Shown in pieces: positions 1 to 11,411 of a DNA stretch of 64,000 bases. The DNA is from Nemertoderma westbladi. Lineage: Eukaryota; Animalia; Xenacoelomorpha. Within the stretch, counting starts at the first letter, position 1. Every line of letters begins with the position of its first letter. Below the pieces are notes generated by a model. The model was not told the origin of the DNA. It saw nothing but the letters and a program-made list of their open reading frames with translations, and did no database searches. The stretch spans positions 2,454-66,453 of the forward strand of contig JAUCBJ010002945.1 of NCBI GenBank assembly GCA_032718475.1. Reading direction: 5' to 3'. A program made the translations under genes and the position numbers.

Positions 1-303
1 AGTCTTACTCTCTCATTGGACTGTTTTGATTATTAAGTCACACTGTCCCATCTCTGATTCACAAATTACAATTTAGTTCAAATTATTGAATATGATAAAT
101 TCCTAAATAAATATTCTAGAAATAAGTGCCGTTAATATAGAAAAGTTCCAACTAAAGTTAGAAGGTAGAATGAAGCTTTACGTATGATAGAGTAGGATTC
201 ATTCCTGTAACGTTACAGTATGCGGACAATCTACCGCTACCAAGAAGTAATTAAAGCTAAATAACATTGGAGGTTCTAATACTTTTGTTACTGGGCCATA
301 AGA

Positions 304-611
304 CAGGGGGTTGCTCCTTAATTTCAGTTTCAATTAACCCTGATTTTCCCTGACATTTCCCTGACTTGAAAAATTCTAACTTTCCAATAAAATTTGGTGA
401 TGGTAGGAAGTCTAAGTCCGAGCGAAGAGAGCAAAAAATTGGGAAAAATTGGACTCGATGTTACTCGCTTATAACACTTCCCGTAAATCACATTCCCTGA
501 CTTTTCCCTGATTTATCCAATTTTTAATAGTTGTCCTATTTTACCCTGACATTTCAAGAAAAAATGAAATTCTCTGACTATTCCAGGTTTTCCAGGTGAG
601 TGGCAACCCTG
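304..611. mobile_element. Degenerate MITE-like element with internal TTCCCTGAC repeats
   Basis: Imperfect terminal inverted repeats (CAGGGGGTTGC at 304, GTGGCAACCCTG ending at 611) and repeated (T)TTCCCTGA(C/T) motifs. No TSD found. Confidence 0.35.
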
Positions 612-777
612 TAGAAATGTTGCATGAATTCTCCCCAGCAAAACCTGTTAAATATATTATTAAATTTATTAAATTTAATATATTATTAAATATATTTATA
701 ATGCTCGCGAAAATGAAACTCGAAAGAAATGGATTTAACTTGGATTTGGCCTTTTTTTTGTCTTGTACTAAGAAAGT

Positions 778-1935
778 TTACTCATCACTATTATCAATAT
801 TCGGGACCTGTAAGTCTGGGACCTGTAATTCATTATTTAGATCAGCGAAGAAGTCCGCTTTACTTGTGTGCTTAACACGTCTATTCAAAGCCTTATTCTT
901 AACCTCTCGTTCAACCTTCTTCCTCGAATCAAACTTCCTCCCTTCAAACTGTTCAACATTCCAGAACCTGATCGTCTGATCGTGACCTGCGGAGACAGTA
1001 AACTTCCGATCGTGAGTCACGGCTAGACACTCAACGGGATTGTCGGGGTGGTCACCAACCACTCCGAGGAAACGATTGGGCAGCAGATTAACGGCCCGTA
1101 CCAACCCGTCCATCGAACCGGTACAGACGACCGAATCCCCAATAGCGACTAAACAGTCGACACCGAACGGATGTCCCGGAAACCGGTCGCTTATGTTACC
1201 GAACTCCCCCCAATTAAATATATCCAACCCGCCTTCCCCGTCGCCGCAAACCAAGTTCCTCCCCTCGCGGAACGCGGACGCGCACAGGAGATCCGAGTTT
1301 AAACTCTCGCTCACCATGACTTCCTTCCCTCGCCGGTAGTTCACCGCGTGCAGTCTCCCGTCTCCGCACGCAGCCACCACTACTCGCCCGCTCGACGCCG
1401 CGACTATCTCGCTTACGAACTCCTCGCAGAGTCGCAACTCGAGCTTCGGTTTCGCTGGATCCCGCAGGTCGTGTAGTCGCAGGAATCCCTCGTCGTCGCC
1501 CGTAGCAACCAAGTTCGCGTCCAGCACTCGCATCGCGTATACCGGTGTGACGTTGCAACGCGGTAGAGCTTCGAGAATCGCCTCGGTTTCTATATCGTAG
1601 AGGATGAGACCCCGACCGACGGACCAGAGTTTCAGACCGTCCGGGTGGAAGGCAACCTTCCTACAGCCCTTCCGGTGGAGTCGTTCCGACAGCACCAACT
1701 GCGGTACGGCGGTTCCGGTGTAGCAGTAGAGACGCACGTAGCCGGAAACCTCGCCGGAACACAGGAACTCCTGGTTGGGGTGGCAATCTAGACTGAATAC
1801 AACGGAATCTACGTCGATATCGGCAGGACTATCAGTCACCGCTAGAGGCGTACCGGAGTCGCCCGAGGAGGCAGTGCAAGAGTTTAAAGGTATTTCCTCG
1901 TCGCTACAAGAACTACTAGAGTCATCTTCCTCCAT
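778..1935 (-). CDS. WDR55: WD repeat-containing protein 55 (Jip5 homologue), intronless, 385 aa
   Basis: WD40 repeats with family-typical segments (LVATGDDEG, FNWGEFGNISDRFPGHP, TGSMDGLVRAVNLLPNRFLGVVGDH, SAGHDQTIRFWNV), acidic N-terminus, basic tail ending in DFFADL. Confidence 0.93.
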   Translation of the reverse strand: MEEDDSSSSCSDEEIPLNSCTASSGDSGTPLAVTDSPADIDVDSVVFSLDCHPNQEFLCSGEVSGYVRLYCYTGTAVPQLVLSERLHRKGCRKVAFHPDGLKLWSVGRGLILYDIETEAILEALPRCNVTPVYAMRVLDANLVATGDDEGFLRLHDLRDPAKPKLELRLCEEFVSEIVAASSGRVVVAACGDGRLHAVNYRRGKEVMVSESLNSDLLCASAFREGRNLVCGDGEGGLDIFNWGEFGNISDRFPGHPFGVDCLVAIGDSVVCTGSMDGLVRAVNLLPNRFLGVVGDHPDNPVECLAVTHDRKFTVSAGHDQTIRFWNVEQFEGRKFDSRKKVEREVKNKALNRRVKHTSKADFFADLNNELQVPDLQVPNIDNSDE

Positions 1936-1992
1936 TCTATTTCACCTGTTATTAAAAACATCAGTTAATATAATAACGTCCCGTGGCCGTGA

Positions 1993-3577
1993 GTGTATGA
2001 GGTGTAACAGTTGCCCTTAATATTCTCTACGTGTATGAGGTGTAACAGTTGTCCTTAATATTCTCTACGTGTATGAGGTGTAACAGTTGTCCGTAATATT
2101 CTCTACGTGTATGAGGTGTAACAGTTGTCCTTAATATCCACTACGTGTGAGGTTTAACAGTTATCCTTAATATCCTCAACGTGTATGAGTTGTAACAGTT
2201 GTCCTTAATATTATCTACGTGTATGAGGTGTAACAGTTGTCCTTAATATTCTCTACGTGTATGAGGTGTAACAGTTGTCCGTAATATTCTCTACGTGTAT
2301 GAGGTGTAACAGTTGTCCTTAATATCCACTACGTGTGAGGTTTAACAGTTATCCTTAATATCCTCAACGTGTATGAGTTGTAACAGTTGTCCTTAATATT
2401 ATCTACGTGTATGAGGTGTAACAGTTGTCCTTAATATTCTCTACGTGTATGAGGTGTAACAGTTGTCCTTAATATTCTCTACGTGTATGAGGTGTAACAG
2501 TTGTCCTTAATATTCTCTACGTGTATGAGGTGTAACAGTTGTCCTTAATATTCTCTACGTGTATGAGGTGTAACAGTTGTCCTTAATATTCTCTACGTGT
2601 ATGAGGTGTAACAGTTGCCCTTAATATTCTCTACGACGGTACGTGTATGAGGTGTAACAGTTGTCCTTAATATTCTCTACGTGTATGAGTTGTAACAGTT
2701 GTCCTTAATATTCTCTACGTGTAAGAGGTGTAACAGTAGTCCTTAATATTCTCTACGTGTATGAATATTCTCTACGTGTAAGAGGTGTAACATTTGTCCT
2801 TAATATTCTCTACGTGTATGAGGTGTAACAGTTGTCCTTAATATTCTCTGCGTGTATGAGGTGTAACAGTTGTCCTTAATATTCTCTACGTGTAAGAGGT
2901 GTAACAGCTGTCATTAATATTCTCTACGTGTATGAATATTCTCTACGTGTAAGAGGTGTAACAGTTGTCCTTAATATTCTCTACGTGTATGAGGTGTAAC
3001 AGTTGTCCTTAATATTCTCTGCGTGTATGAGGTGTAACAGTTGTCCTTAATATTCTCTACGTGTAAGAGGTGTAACAGTTGCCCTTAATATTATCTATGT
3101 GCATGAGGTGTAACAGTTGTCCTTAATATCCTCTACGAGTATGAGTTGTAACAGTTGTCCTTAATATTATCTACGTGTAATAGGTGTAACAGTTGTCCTT
3201 AATATTCTCTACGTGTATGAGGTGTAACAGTTGCCCTTAATATTATCTATGTGCATGAGGTGTAACAGTTGTCCTTAATATCCTCTACGAGTATGAGTTG
3301 TAACAGGTGTCCTTAATATTCTCTACGACGGAACGTGTATGAGGTGTAACAGTTGTCCTTAATATCCTCTACGTGTAAGAGGTGTCACAGTTGTCCTTAA
3401 TATCCTCTACGAGTATGAGTTGTAACAGTTGTCCTTAATATTCTCTACGTGTAACAGGTGTCCTTAATATTCTCTACGTGTAACAGGTGTCCTTAATATT
3501 CTCTACGTGCATGAGGTGTAACAGTTGTCCTTAATATCCTCTACGAGTATGAGTTGTAACAGTTGTCCTTAATATTC
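1993..3577. repeat. 38-bp minisatellite, ~41 copies
   Basis: Unit GTGTATGAGGTGTAACAGTTGTCCTTAATATTCTCTAC repeated in tandem immediately upstream of WDR55. Confidence 0.97.
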
Positions 3578-3789
3578 CTTTGTGTTGAAAACTACTTAGT
3601 CATTGTTGAGTTCCTACATCGACTTTGGCATTGGTAGATGGGCCTCTTTCATTCTGAGACCAGGTTGAATACAAATTTAGCATATTTCCAGCTTTCATCT
3701 CCAGCACTTAATTAACCCACCTGGATCGCCCACAGCTGGCGAGCTGAAGGTCGTTATAAGGTTTGAGTTAAGCCTACGGAGGAAGTGGC

Positions 3790-4507
3790 ATGCTTAGTAG
3801 TTGCCTTAGACAACTGAGCCAGCAAACTCAGTCATTTGTGGTATCCTGGATTTATCTTAAAATAAAATATGCCCATGGCGTGTTCCAATCAACTAGCTAT
3901 AAAGATCGTTGGTGTTACATTTGTTGGTGTATCTATTGTAAAGAAGGAGGAGTAGCTTACATCTATTCAGAGAACGAGGCCTTGCGAAGCGAATACGTTG
4001 AAAGATATACGATCTCGTAAGTCAGTTGCCATATTTCAACCAAAGCAACGTTCATGAATGCGATGGCGTTTGTTACCAATTCACTCTGAGATTCGTTGGC
4101 GAATATAAGAAGGATTCTCACGACGGTGTTTTAGAGTATGTAGTCGTGGGATGTCACGATAAATGTTTAGCTGCCAATGAAGCGGGTTGCATGTATCAAC
4201 TTACTATTCAACAGGAGAAGCCACGGGATGATCAAGAAATACACACATCAAATACGTAGGGATGGTTGATGGCTGGTTGGTAAACCACTTCACAGTTCTG
4301 GATAAGTCCTGCCAAGTCCAGTGTTGTTACGGCACCGATCAATGTCGTCCGCTTACATGGCAGTTCGAAGAAGACAGGAAAACCACAAGCGCGGCTGCCC
4401 TTGAGGAAACTACAACAACAAAGATAAGCGGAGCACAAACAGTTTCTGGCGCGTTTCAACTAGTTGAAATGTGTCTTGTATTTGGGGTCCTCTACAACAA
4501 CTACTGA
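3790..4507 (+). pseudogene. Frameshifted Ly6/uPAR (three-finger, quiver-like) GPI-type protein remnant
   Basis: Three consecutive ORFs in different frames give RWCYIC ... ECDGVCYQF ... VVGCHDKC ... CQVQCCYGTDQC, then a Thr-rich stalk and a hydrophobic C-terminus. This is an LU-like cysteine pattern. Confidence 0.45.
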
Positions 4508-5424
4508 AATTAATGAGAATATAGAACAAATACTTTCCTGTGGTGGTGGGATACCATAGTAGTGAAAGCATATATTTTTCGAGTCAGAATTTGCCAGAAC
4601 ATTTATTTTTGCTTTCATCATTTAGCTACAAACTCATTTAATAATAATCAATCATTTATAAATATTACGCCAGTAACTAACACCCCATTTATTCTTAAAC
4701 TTTATGGTAATCTGTTACAGAACTGATGGAGAGTTGACCTTGCTATTTTAAGGATTCATTGAATTTGGATGAGAAATAACTGAGATTTGATCGTTCTAAA
4801 TCAGGGGAAGGGAGTATTGATAACTTGTCATCTCGCCGAATTATTAACATATGAATAATCGATTAAGGGGGAGGAGTTGCGCTTATGAGATACGTTATGT
4901 AGTAACGTTATACACGTATATTAAAATTAAGTGGCCGTGCACAAATGATGTCACGCTATTTTTGACGATTTTCGACAGCCCAACCCCCCCCCCCCCCTGT
5001 CACTATCTGTCATGAATTTTGTCTTTGAACTTGAACGTCACGTCACATAAAACCACGTCAAATCGACGTCACGTCAAATAACCAGTATTGTGGGGGGTCG
5101 GTGAAGCAAAGGTCATTCGGTACTTCGCTGTTGTAAGGTTTCCTTCATCGACAATTTATTATCTTTATTTACCTGTACTTATTTATTTGTGTGGAATATT
5201 TGATTCACTATTAAAAATAGGAAAATCTTTTTCTAGACTCGTTAAGCCAAGCCACTGATGCTAAAGTAACTTTAATTTCGAAGAAACTTTATATATTTAA
5301 AACATAATGTGTTAAACAGTGTGACAAAATAAAAACAATGACAAAAATATATAGTTGGATAGTTAGATTATATATTATACGTGTTACATACCTAAGTGGT
5401 TGTATAAATAGAGCAACACTGGGC

Positions 5425-6509
5425 TCAAGAAGACCACCAAGCTAGGAGACCCAACCCCGGTTCACTAATACTAGCGGCTATGGAGTAGGGTGTCTGTATT
5501 GGGGCGGTGTCTATGTCGGAAGGGCCCCTCTCACCAGTGGGAGTTGTGTCTGTAAAGGTCTCCCCGATACAACGGAACCTAATCTCCTTGTCCACCTCCA
5601 GGTAGAAGTCGTGAGTGGTGGTTTCTTCTGGCGTTTCCTCGGTTTCCGGGTCCGGGGACGTTGAATACTGCCACACCCACAATCCTGATTCTTCGTCGAA
5701 TCTATTGGGTAGCATCAGATGGTCCGCGCTCACTGATATGTCGTCGAAGAAACCTATAATATGATGGGATAATTACTGCTTGTTTAATTGTCGGCATTGT
5801 GCAGCCAGGAGTATGTAGGATTGTAGTATTGTACACGAGCAGTGGTCCAGAGTCTGAATCGTTAAAAAAATGTACAGACTCCGACTAACTACAAAACTCA
5901 GTGTTATTTTATCATTATCTAATCGAAAATGGTTGCTTTTTCATTAAAAAAATGAACTTTTTCGCTGACAATGATCAGATGATTGTTTAAATTAAGCCCA
6001 AGTCATTACATGAGTCGATACATTTCAATTTTGTTTCTATATTTTTTATTTGGGAAAATTTTGGTCTTAAGTCGGAGTCGGAGTCAAATTTATTTTTTAC
6101 GCACCGGCACGCCTTTTTTACGAGTGTTCAACAAACTGACTTACTGCGAGGAGAGTAGGTAGCCTACTCACATGCTGGACGGGACATAACTGCCAACTAA
6201 CTAACCTAGTGAGACTTGTATGCCGTCGCTAGAATTCGCTTTAATCTTTCCGATAAGAATTTCGTCGATGTAAGGACGAAACACGACGAAACGAAACTCC
6301 ACAGTAGTGTGGGAGGAGCCGTCCCCAGGGAATATCCAAGATTCTCCCACTCTTGTGATATCGAACAAATTGATACACAAGCCAACCTGGTGGACCACTC
6401 GGTTAGCAAACTTTTTGTTTAGTTGTATGGAAATCGCTTCGTTTAATGGTTTATCAAAATTCCACGGCTTAATTCTAATGCAATCTTTCATATCAGCGAG
6501 TACGAACAT
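5425..6509 (-). CDS. POLR3H: RNA polymerase III subunit RPC8/RPC25; join(6509..6206, 5753..5425), 210 aa
   Basis: MFVL...[21 protein letters not shown]...[27 protein letters not shown] and GFFDDI...EIRFR...[17 protein letters not shown] intron 6205-5754 (G|gttagt ... tatag|GT) restores the frame. Confidence 0.95.
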
Positions 6510-7101
6510 TTTCTAGAGGGAACCTACATATCTCTGCAGCCTGGCCTGAGCCTATCACCCCTGACCCTATCATTCTGTCATTTCCGGCAGTAACGTTTAG
6601 ACTTACATGCATGGGCATGCATAAGCATATCCCTCTAGCCCATCATCTCTACCACTACCACAGGACAAAGGCTACCTACTGACCTACATTGCCATTTTGA
6701 CCGGACCCATTGCCATTTAAAGGAGCAGGTTAGTAAAGGTTAAATAAACGCGGGTAAGGGTCCGGTCAATAATACACAAGTAAAATATAAATCAAATATA
6801 AAGCTTCAATACGGTATTTAGAGGGTCCGGTCAATTGGTCCGGTCAGTCAGTACGGTAGCTACTTCACTACCACGTCAGCATGCCAGTTAACGGTTTAAT
6901 TCAAAGCCAGACCAGCAGACTGCCAGAAAGTAGTAAAGCATAATGTAGGGAACAGCGCAGCTGGCAGCAGGCGCATGGTGATCAGAAATCAGTGAGGGAG
7001 GTTGCGCATCGGCATCAGATCAGTAGGTGTGAAGCAAGGACTAAGAGTAGGCCTAGCGCCTATGTCTTCTAGTCTTGGCAGCTTGCTGTGTAGACTTAGC
7101 G

Positions 7102-8462
7102 GGCTTCCTGGAAAACACGCAACAGCGCAAGGCACAACAGTGCAACGACGCAACAGCGCATCAGCCCTATAACCAATGAACAACATTGGCGCAACAGCGC
7201 AACAACCTAAGATTGGTTTATACATTCCACTCTAATTCCATTGGCTTGTACATTCTGTTGCGTTCTATGACATTCCATTTCTGTAGCACCGATGGCGTAA
7301 CAGAGTAATAAATAAAGCAAGGTACTGTACCTTCTAAAAGGAGGGCGACCTATAACAATCCTAGTACCAATATGGAACTCACTTCCCAGTGACGTTATCG
7401 AATCAGTAAGTGTTAAGTCCTTTTGTGAGAAACTTAAAACTTGTAATTTATTAGAACATTGCCATTTCAATAGGATTCGATTAATTACGACGCATGATCA
7501 TTGCATTTATTTTTAGTTTCTACTCAGTATGCATAAACTTTTGTCTTTATACCAAACATAAAATGTTTTTATAGAAGAGTGAACAGTTATTGATGGCGTG
7601 GTTATTTGTAATTATTGCCGTTTCTAATTCAGTGTATTTAAATGTAAATTGTTGATTTCGTTAGTTATTTGTTTTATTTTATAATTTTAATAAAAAGAGA
7701 GTTCAACTCAATTCAATCCAATGCAGAGCTATACCGAGCTAAAACCGTCCTATACCAAACTATAGTGATGCCATAGAGCTACAACGACTTCCGACGCAAT
7801 CAAAATTCATGTCTCCAAGCGGCCAGGGGAAAGTCGACGCAAATAACGCCTGATTACTCCCAAAAATAACAGTGTAACCTGATTTATTACGACAGAATAT
7901 TAAATAAAATAAATAAAAATTATTGCGACAAAGCACCGTATACCCCGTGTTTTTAGAATTAACTGATTTCTGGGATTGAAATCCCCCTTACAGCTGTCAC
8001 ACTTCTTTGCCTTTGATTCCTTGGCGCGAATGATTTCTACTTTTTCGTCAACTTCAATTGATGACTGGTTAAGGTTCGATTGTAATGTTCTGGAAATATC
8101 TTGGTCCGGTATGTTATCGGCAATTAGTACTTGACGTTGACATGACACACACACTGCACTGCTGCACACGGCTGTACTGTACATACACTGTACTGCTGTA
8201 TGCAGACTTACCATACAACTGTACAATGTATCAAACAGTCAATAACCAGTATTTTCATGTATTTGTAGGCCTAACTTCTCCTGTTCTCTGCTTGTTGCGC
8301 CATCGGCGCTACAGAAATGGAATGTCATAGAACGCAACAGAATGTACAAGCCAATGGAATTAGAGTGGAATGTATAAACCAATCTTAGGTTGTTGCGCTG
8401 TTGCGCCAATGTTGTTCATTGGTTATAGGGCTGTTGTGCTGTTACGCCGTTTCCAGGAAGCA
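7102..8462. mobile_element. Non-autonomous Mutator-like (MULE) DNA transposon
   Basis: ~170-200-bp terminal inverted repeats (~7103-7302 vs ~8293-8461). 9-bp direct repeat GACTTAGCG at 7093-7101 and 8463-8471. Internal minus-strand fragment with a CxxC motif (KKCDSCKGDF). Confidence 0.8.
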
Positions 8463-8735
8463 GACTTAGCGCCATTATTGTGGATGTCTAGGTAGGCCTA
8501 CCAGTACAGCAGTACAGCGGTGCCCTTGTTTGAATTTGCCTCCCTCCTCGCCCTGCTTATTCATTCTTCGCATTGCGCAGCGTTTGCGCACTCACGTCCC
8601 TCAAGTTTTATGAAACGTTTCATTTTTACATATAGAGATAATAATTTATAATAATTATTATCTATTATGAAATCTGAAATCTTTACATTATTCCACGACA
8701 ATATGATTTTTACTCTTCTTTTATTTAGGCCTACG

Positions 8736-9025
8736 CCATGCCCAGGAATATACAGAAGTGTCGTAATTCAATCCCTAATTTTTCTACAAATATTAATAAG
8801 ATTGCATGAAATTTGAAACAATATAGATAGTTTCACTTCCCGCCCGACCGCTTAGTGGGTGAGACAAAACTTTTGTAGTTTTGCTTTCAATCTTTGGCTA
8901 CATGCGTTTAAAAAAGTGTCTCCGGTGATATTTCACCAGTTACACTCCAGTTATTCTTCAACCTTATAGTGATTTGTTGATACTGTTAGAAAGCTGGCCA
9001 TGCTAGGATTCCAAATATGTAACAC
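8736..9025 (+). mobile_element. Single diverged arm of the foldback MITE family found at 26.5-28.9 kb
   Basis: Shares GTGTCGTAATTCA...TAATTTTTCTACAAAT...GATTGCATGAAATTTGAAACA...GGATTCCAAATATGTAACAC with the left arm of 26541-27453. Confidence 0.75.
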
Positions 9026-9973
9026 GGGACGGGGAACGGGGCCGGGGGACGGGGGGTGGGGATCGGGGAACGGGGGATGTTATTCCTTGACAATTCTGGA
9101 TATTTTTAATAATATTCAGATTTAGACGCTAGAAGGTGAAGGTGAATGTGAAATTAACAATCAGAATTAGAATGTGAAAGGGAGAGACCCTTTACTACCA
9201 CTGCTATCATATCTGGGAGCTCATAACGGTAATATCCACTCAAATTTCAGTAAATTTAATTAAAGGAACTGTACATTATCGTTCAGTTCAGGTCAGACCT
9301 GTGAGACAAACGAATAATCACCCTTGTGTATCTCATTGATACTCCTATATCCTTTCCAACATCCGAACTGTATAAATAAATATTGTGTCCAGAACCAGTT
9401 GCCGCACCTTCTGCGGTAGAAGATGATCTCCCATTATCATGAAGGTGATGATGACCCATTGCTGCCACTACGATTCTCATCTCATTGGAACAGGCTGCTT
9501 CTTTTGTTTCTGTACAGATAAGTTCCAATACAATACGTTTCGCAGTCCAACACGGATCTGTCCCAATCGGATATGGATCAGTAAACCACCCCCCCCCCCC
9601 CCCCCCCCACCCTAATTGAGGTCTGATTGACAGACTGTTCCTTTGTTTGTTTTTTTGAAGTTTGACCAAATTACTGAAAAATATTTTCTGACATTATTGA
9701 TTTCACCATTGTTCCAAGAGCAGATGTTTATGTAGGACAAAGTTACAAGGCAATTAGAACCAAAAGAGAAGATAAGATATTTTAGAGAAACGGTTTACCA
9801 CATATAAATGAACCCTTCAAGAACAAAACTTCTTTACCAATTAATTTTTAAAATCGCTATTTCAAATTGACAGGTTTTTATTGATTCTACTTTTCAGTAC
9901 TGTATATAAATGAAATTGTAGGCCTATATAGGAATTTAACAGAATTTATCAATCACTTTTACTCTTTAAAAAA

Positions 9974-9980
9974 TATAAAA
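9974..9980 (+). promoter_or_regulatory. Candidate TATA box of the secreted peptide gene
   Basis: TATAAAA about 40 nt upstream of the ATG at 10015. Confidence 0.45.
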
Positions 9981-10014
9981 GTTCACAAAAAGTAAACGCG
10001 ATATATTCAACAAG

Positions 10015-10924
10015 ATGAAGGCTGTGTTTTTTCTTGTGGTCTTTGTTTCCGTATTAGCTTCAGTGCTCATCCACGTAAGTTACACCAACGCCAATATTTA
10101 CAGCATGTTAAACCGAAAAGCGCAAATTGTTAAAATATTAACTGCAACGATTAATTTATGGTCAATATTAAAAAAAAATTTGTAATTGAACAGTAGTTTA
10201 AGTTTTGGTCAAGGTGTCACAAACCAAAGAAAGTAATGTTTTGAGAAAATATATCTTCTATCAGTACTTTAATATTTACCAAATCCAAAAATCTGTGTAT
10301 TTGTATAAATCGATCGGTTATTCATCGAAAAGATTTGGATGACGCGCTAGTGGTGATTAATTAGCTTCAAGAGACCAAAGAATTGAAATTTATACATTCC
10401 AGCATCTATTGTGCAACTGATCCTCAAGGATAGACTACTGTAGGCTCCGGGAATCTGATAGGATGGAGATCTGGAGAACTGGATCTATATCAAAGCTCTC
10501 ACCTCTCTCTAACCCTTAGCTGATAAATTGGAAGGAATGTTATTGAAGCAATGGGCGATATACCGGCCTTTCCAGAACTCAACCATGTCCAACTGTCAGC
10601 ATGACCTCGGTAGAGGCGCACAAAGGGAACAGGAGTTTCTTATTCAAGTATCTACTGTATTAGATATTTACTATATCTGCATAATACAATAGTAGATCAG
10701 CAGAATACAATTTCTTATAATGTGTTTAATCCTGTAGATTTATTAACTCGTTATATTTATTCATCTATCAGGTAGATGCGACTACGACTACAACTCAAGG
10801 AACTCCACCCCCTTGCCAAGCCCGCAACCAGGAATGCCACCGTAATTTACCGCCTTGCTGCGGTAATGATAAATGTTGCCCCGCTGGTGGTGGCCGCAGA
10901 TGCAAGCATCATACCGCTTGCTAA
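10015..10924 (+). CDS. Secreted 8-cysteine knottin/ICK-like peptide, 70 aa; join(10015..10074, 10772..10924)
   Basis: Exon 1 MKAVFFLVVFVSVLASVLIH ends at CAC|gtaagt. Exon 2 follows tcatctatcag| and reads VDATTTTTQGTPPPCQARNQECHRNLPPCCGNDKCCPAGGGRRCKHHTAC*. Phase-0 intron, signal-peptide-like N-terminus, AATAAA at 11044. Confidence 0.85.
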
Positions 10925-11043
10925 AAAAAACGTCTACAATCTGTAAAAATGATGGAATAATGTGTACATTTATGGTTTAGGTGGTGGGAGAGCTTGATTA
11001 CCGATGGATAATGTCATCTTACATTACCGATATATTACATATT

Positions 11044-11049
11044 AATAAA
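11044..11049 (+). promoter_or_regulatory. Polyadenylation signal of the peptide gene
   Basis: AATAAA 120 nt downstream of the stop codon. Confidence 0.55.
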
Positions 11050-11411
11050 TTCATGTAATTTATTTCATCAAAAAATACCGTCGGTTTCTCAATTTATATT
11101 TATTTCAACTCTAATATATTAATGGATTATAATTGATAAAAAAACAAAATTTTAAATATGGAGGCCTAACTTTGTCGCATAGCGATCCGCGGGTGCCGAG
11201 CACTGCGGGGCGAGCCACGGAGTGAGGTGATATTTACCTGTCTTGTTCTATTAATTAATAAACAAGTCGAACCAAATATTTGAAAGTAAGTAACTCGATC
11301 AATCCTCGATGAAATGTAACCAAATTTAGTTGTTAGTCAAGAATTAAATAATCAATAATTTCAAATAATTAGTATGGGGATAATTTCCAGTTCTCTAATA
11401 ATTCATCCTTC

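Noticed and set aside
596-2020. Plus-strand and alternative-frame ORFs overlapping WDR55 (also those over MRPL30, the RTEs and the NPM-like gene)
   Set aside because: Shadow ORFs of real coding sequence.
4256-4295. 40-nt GT-AG intron repairing the Ly6-like gene
   Set aside because: Splicing it gives an immediate stop (ACT TCT GGA TAA) rather than the CQVQCC frame.
10400-10650. Possible middle exon of the peptide gene or a LINE fragment
   Set aside because: Stops in the required frame, and the two-exon model is complete. Reverse-strand LINE similarity is too weak to call.
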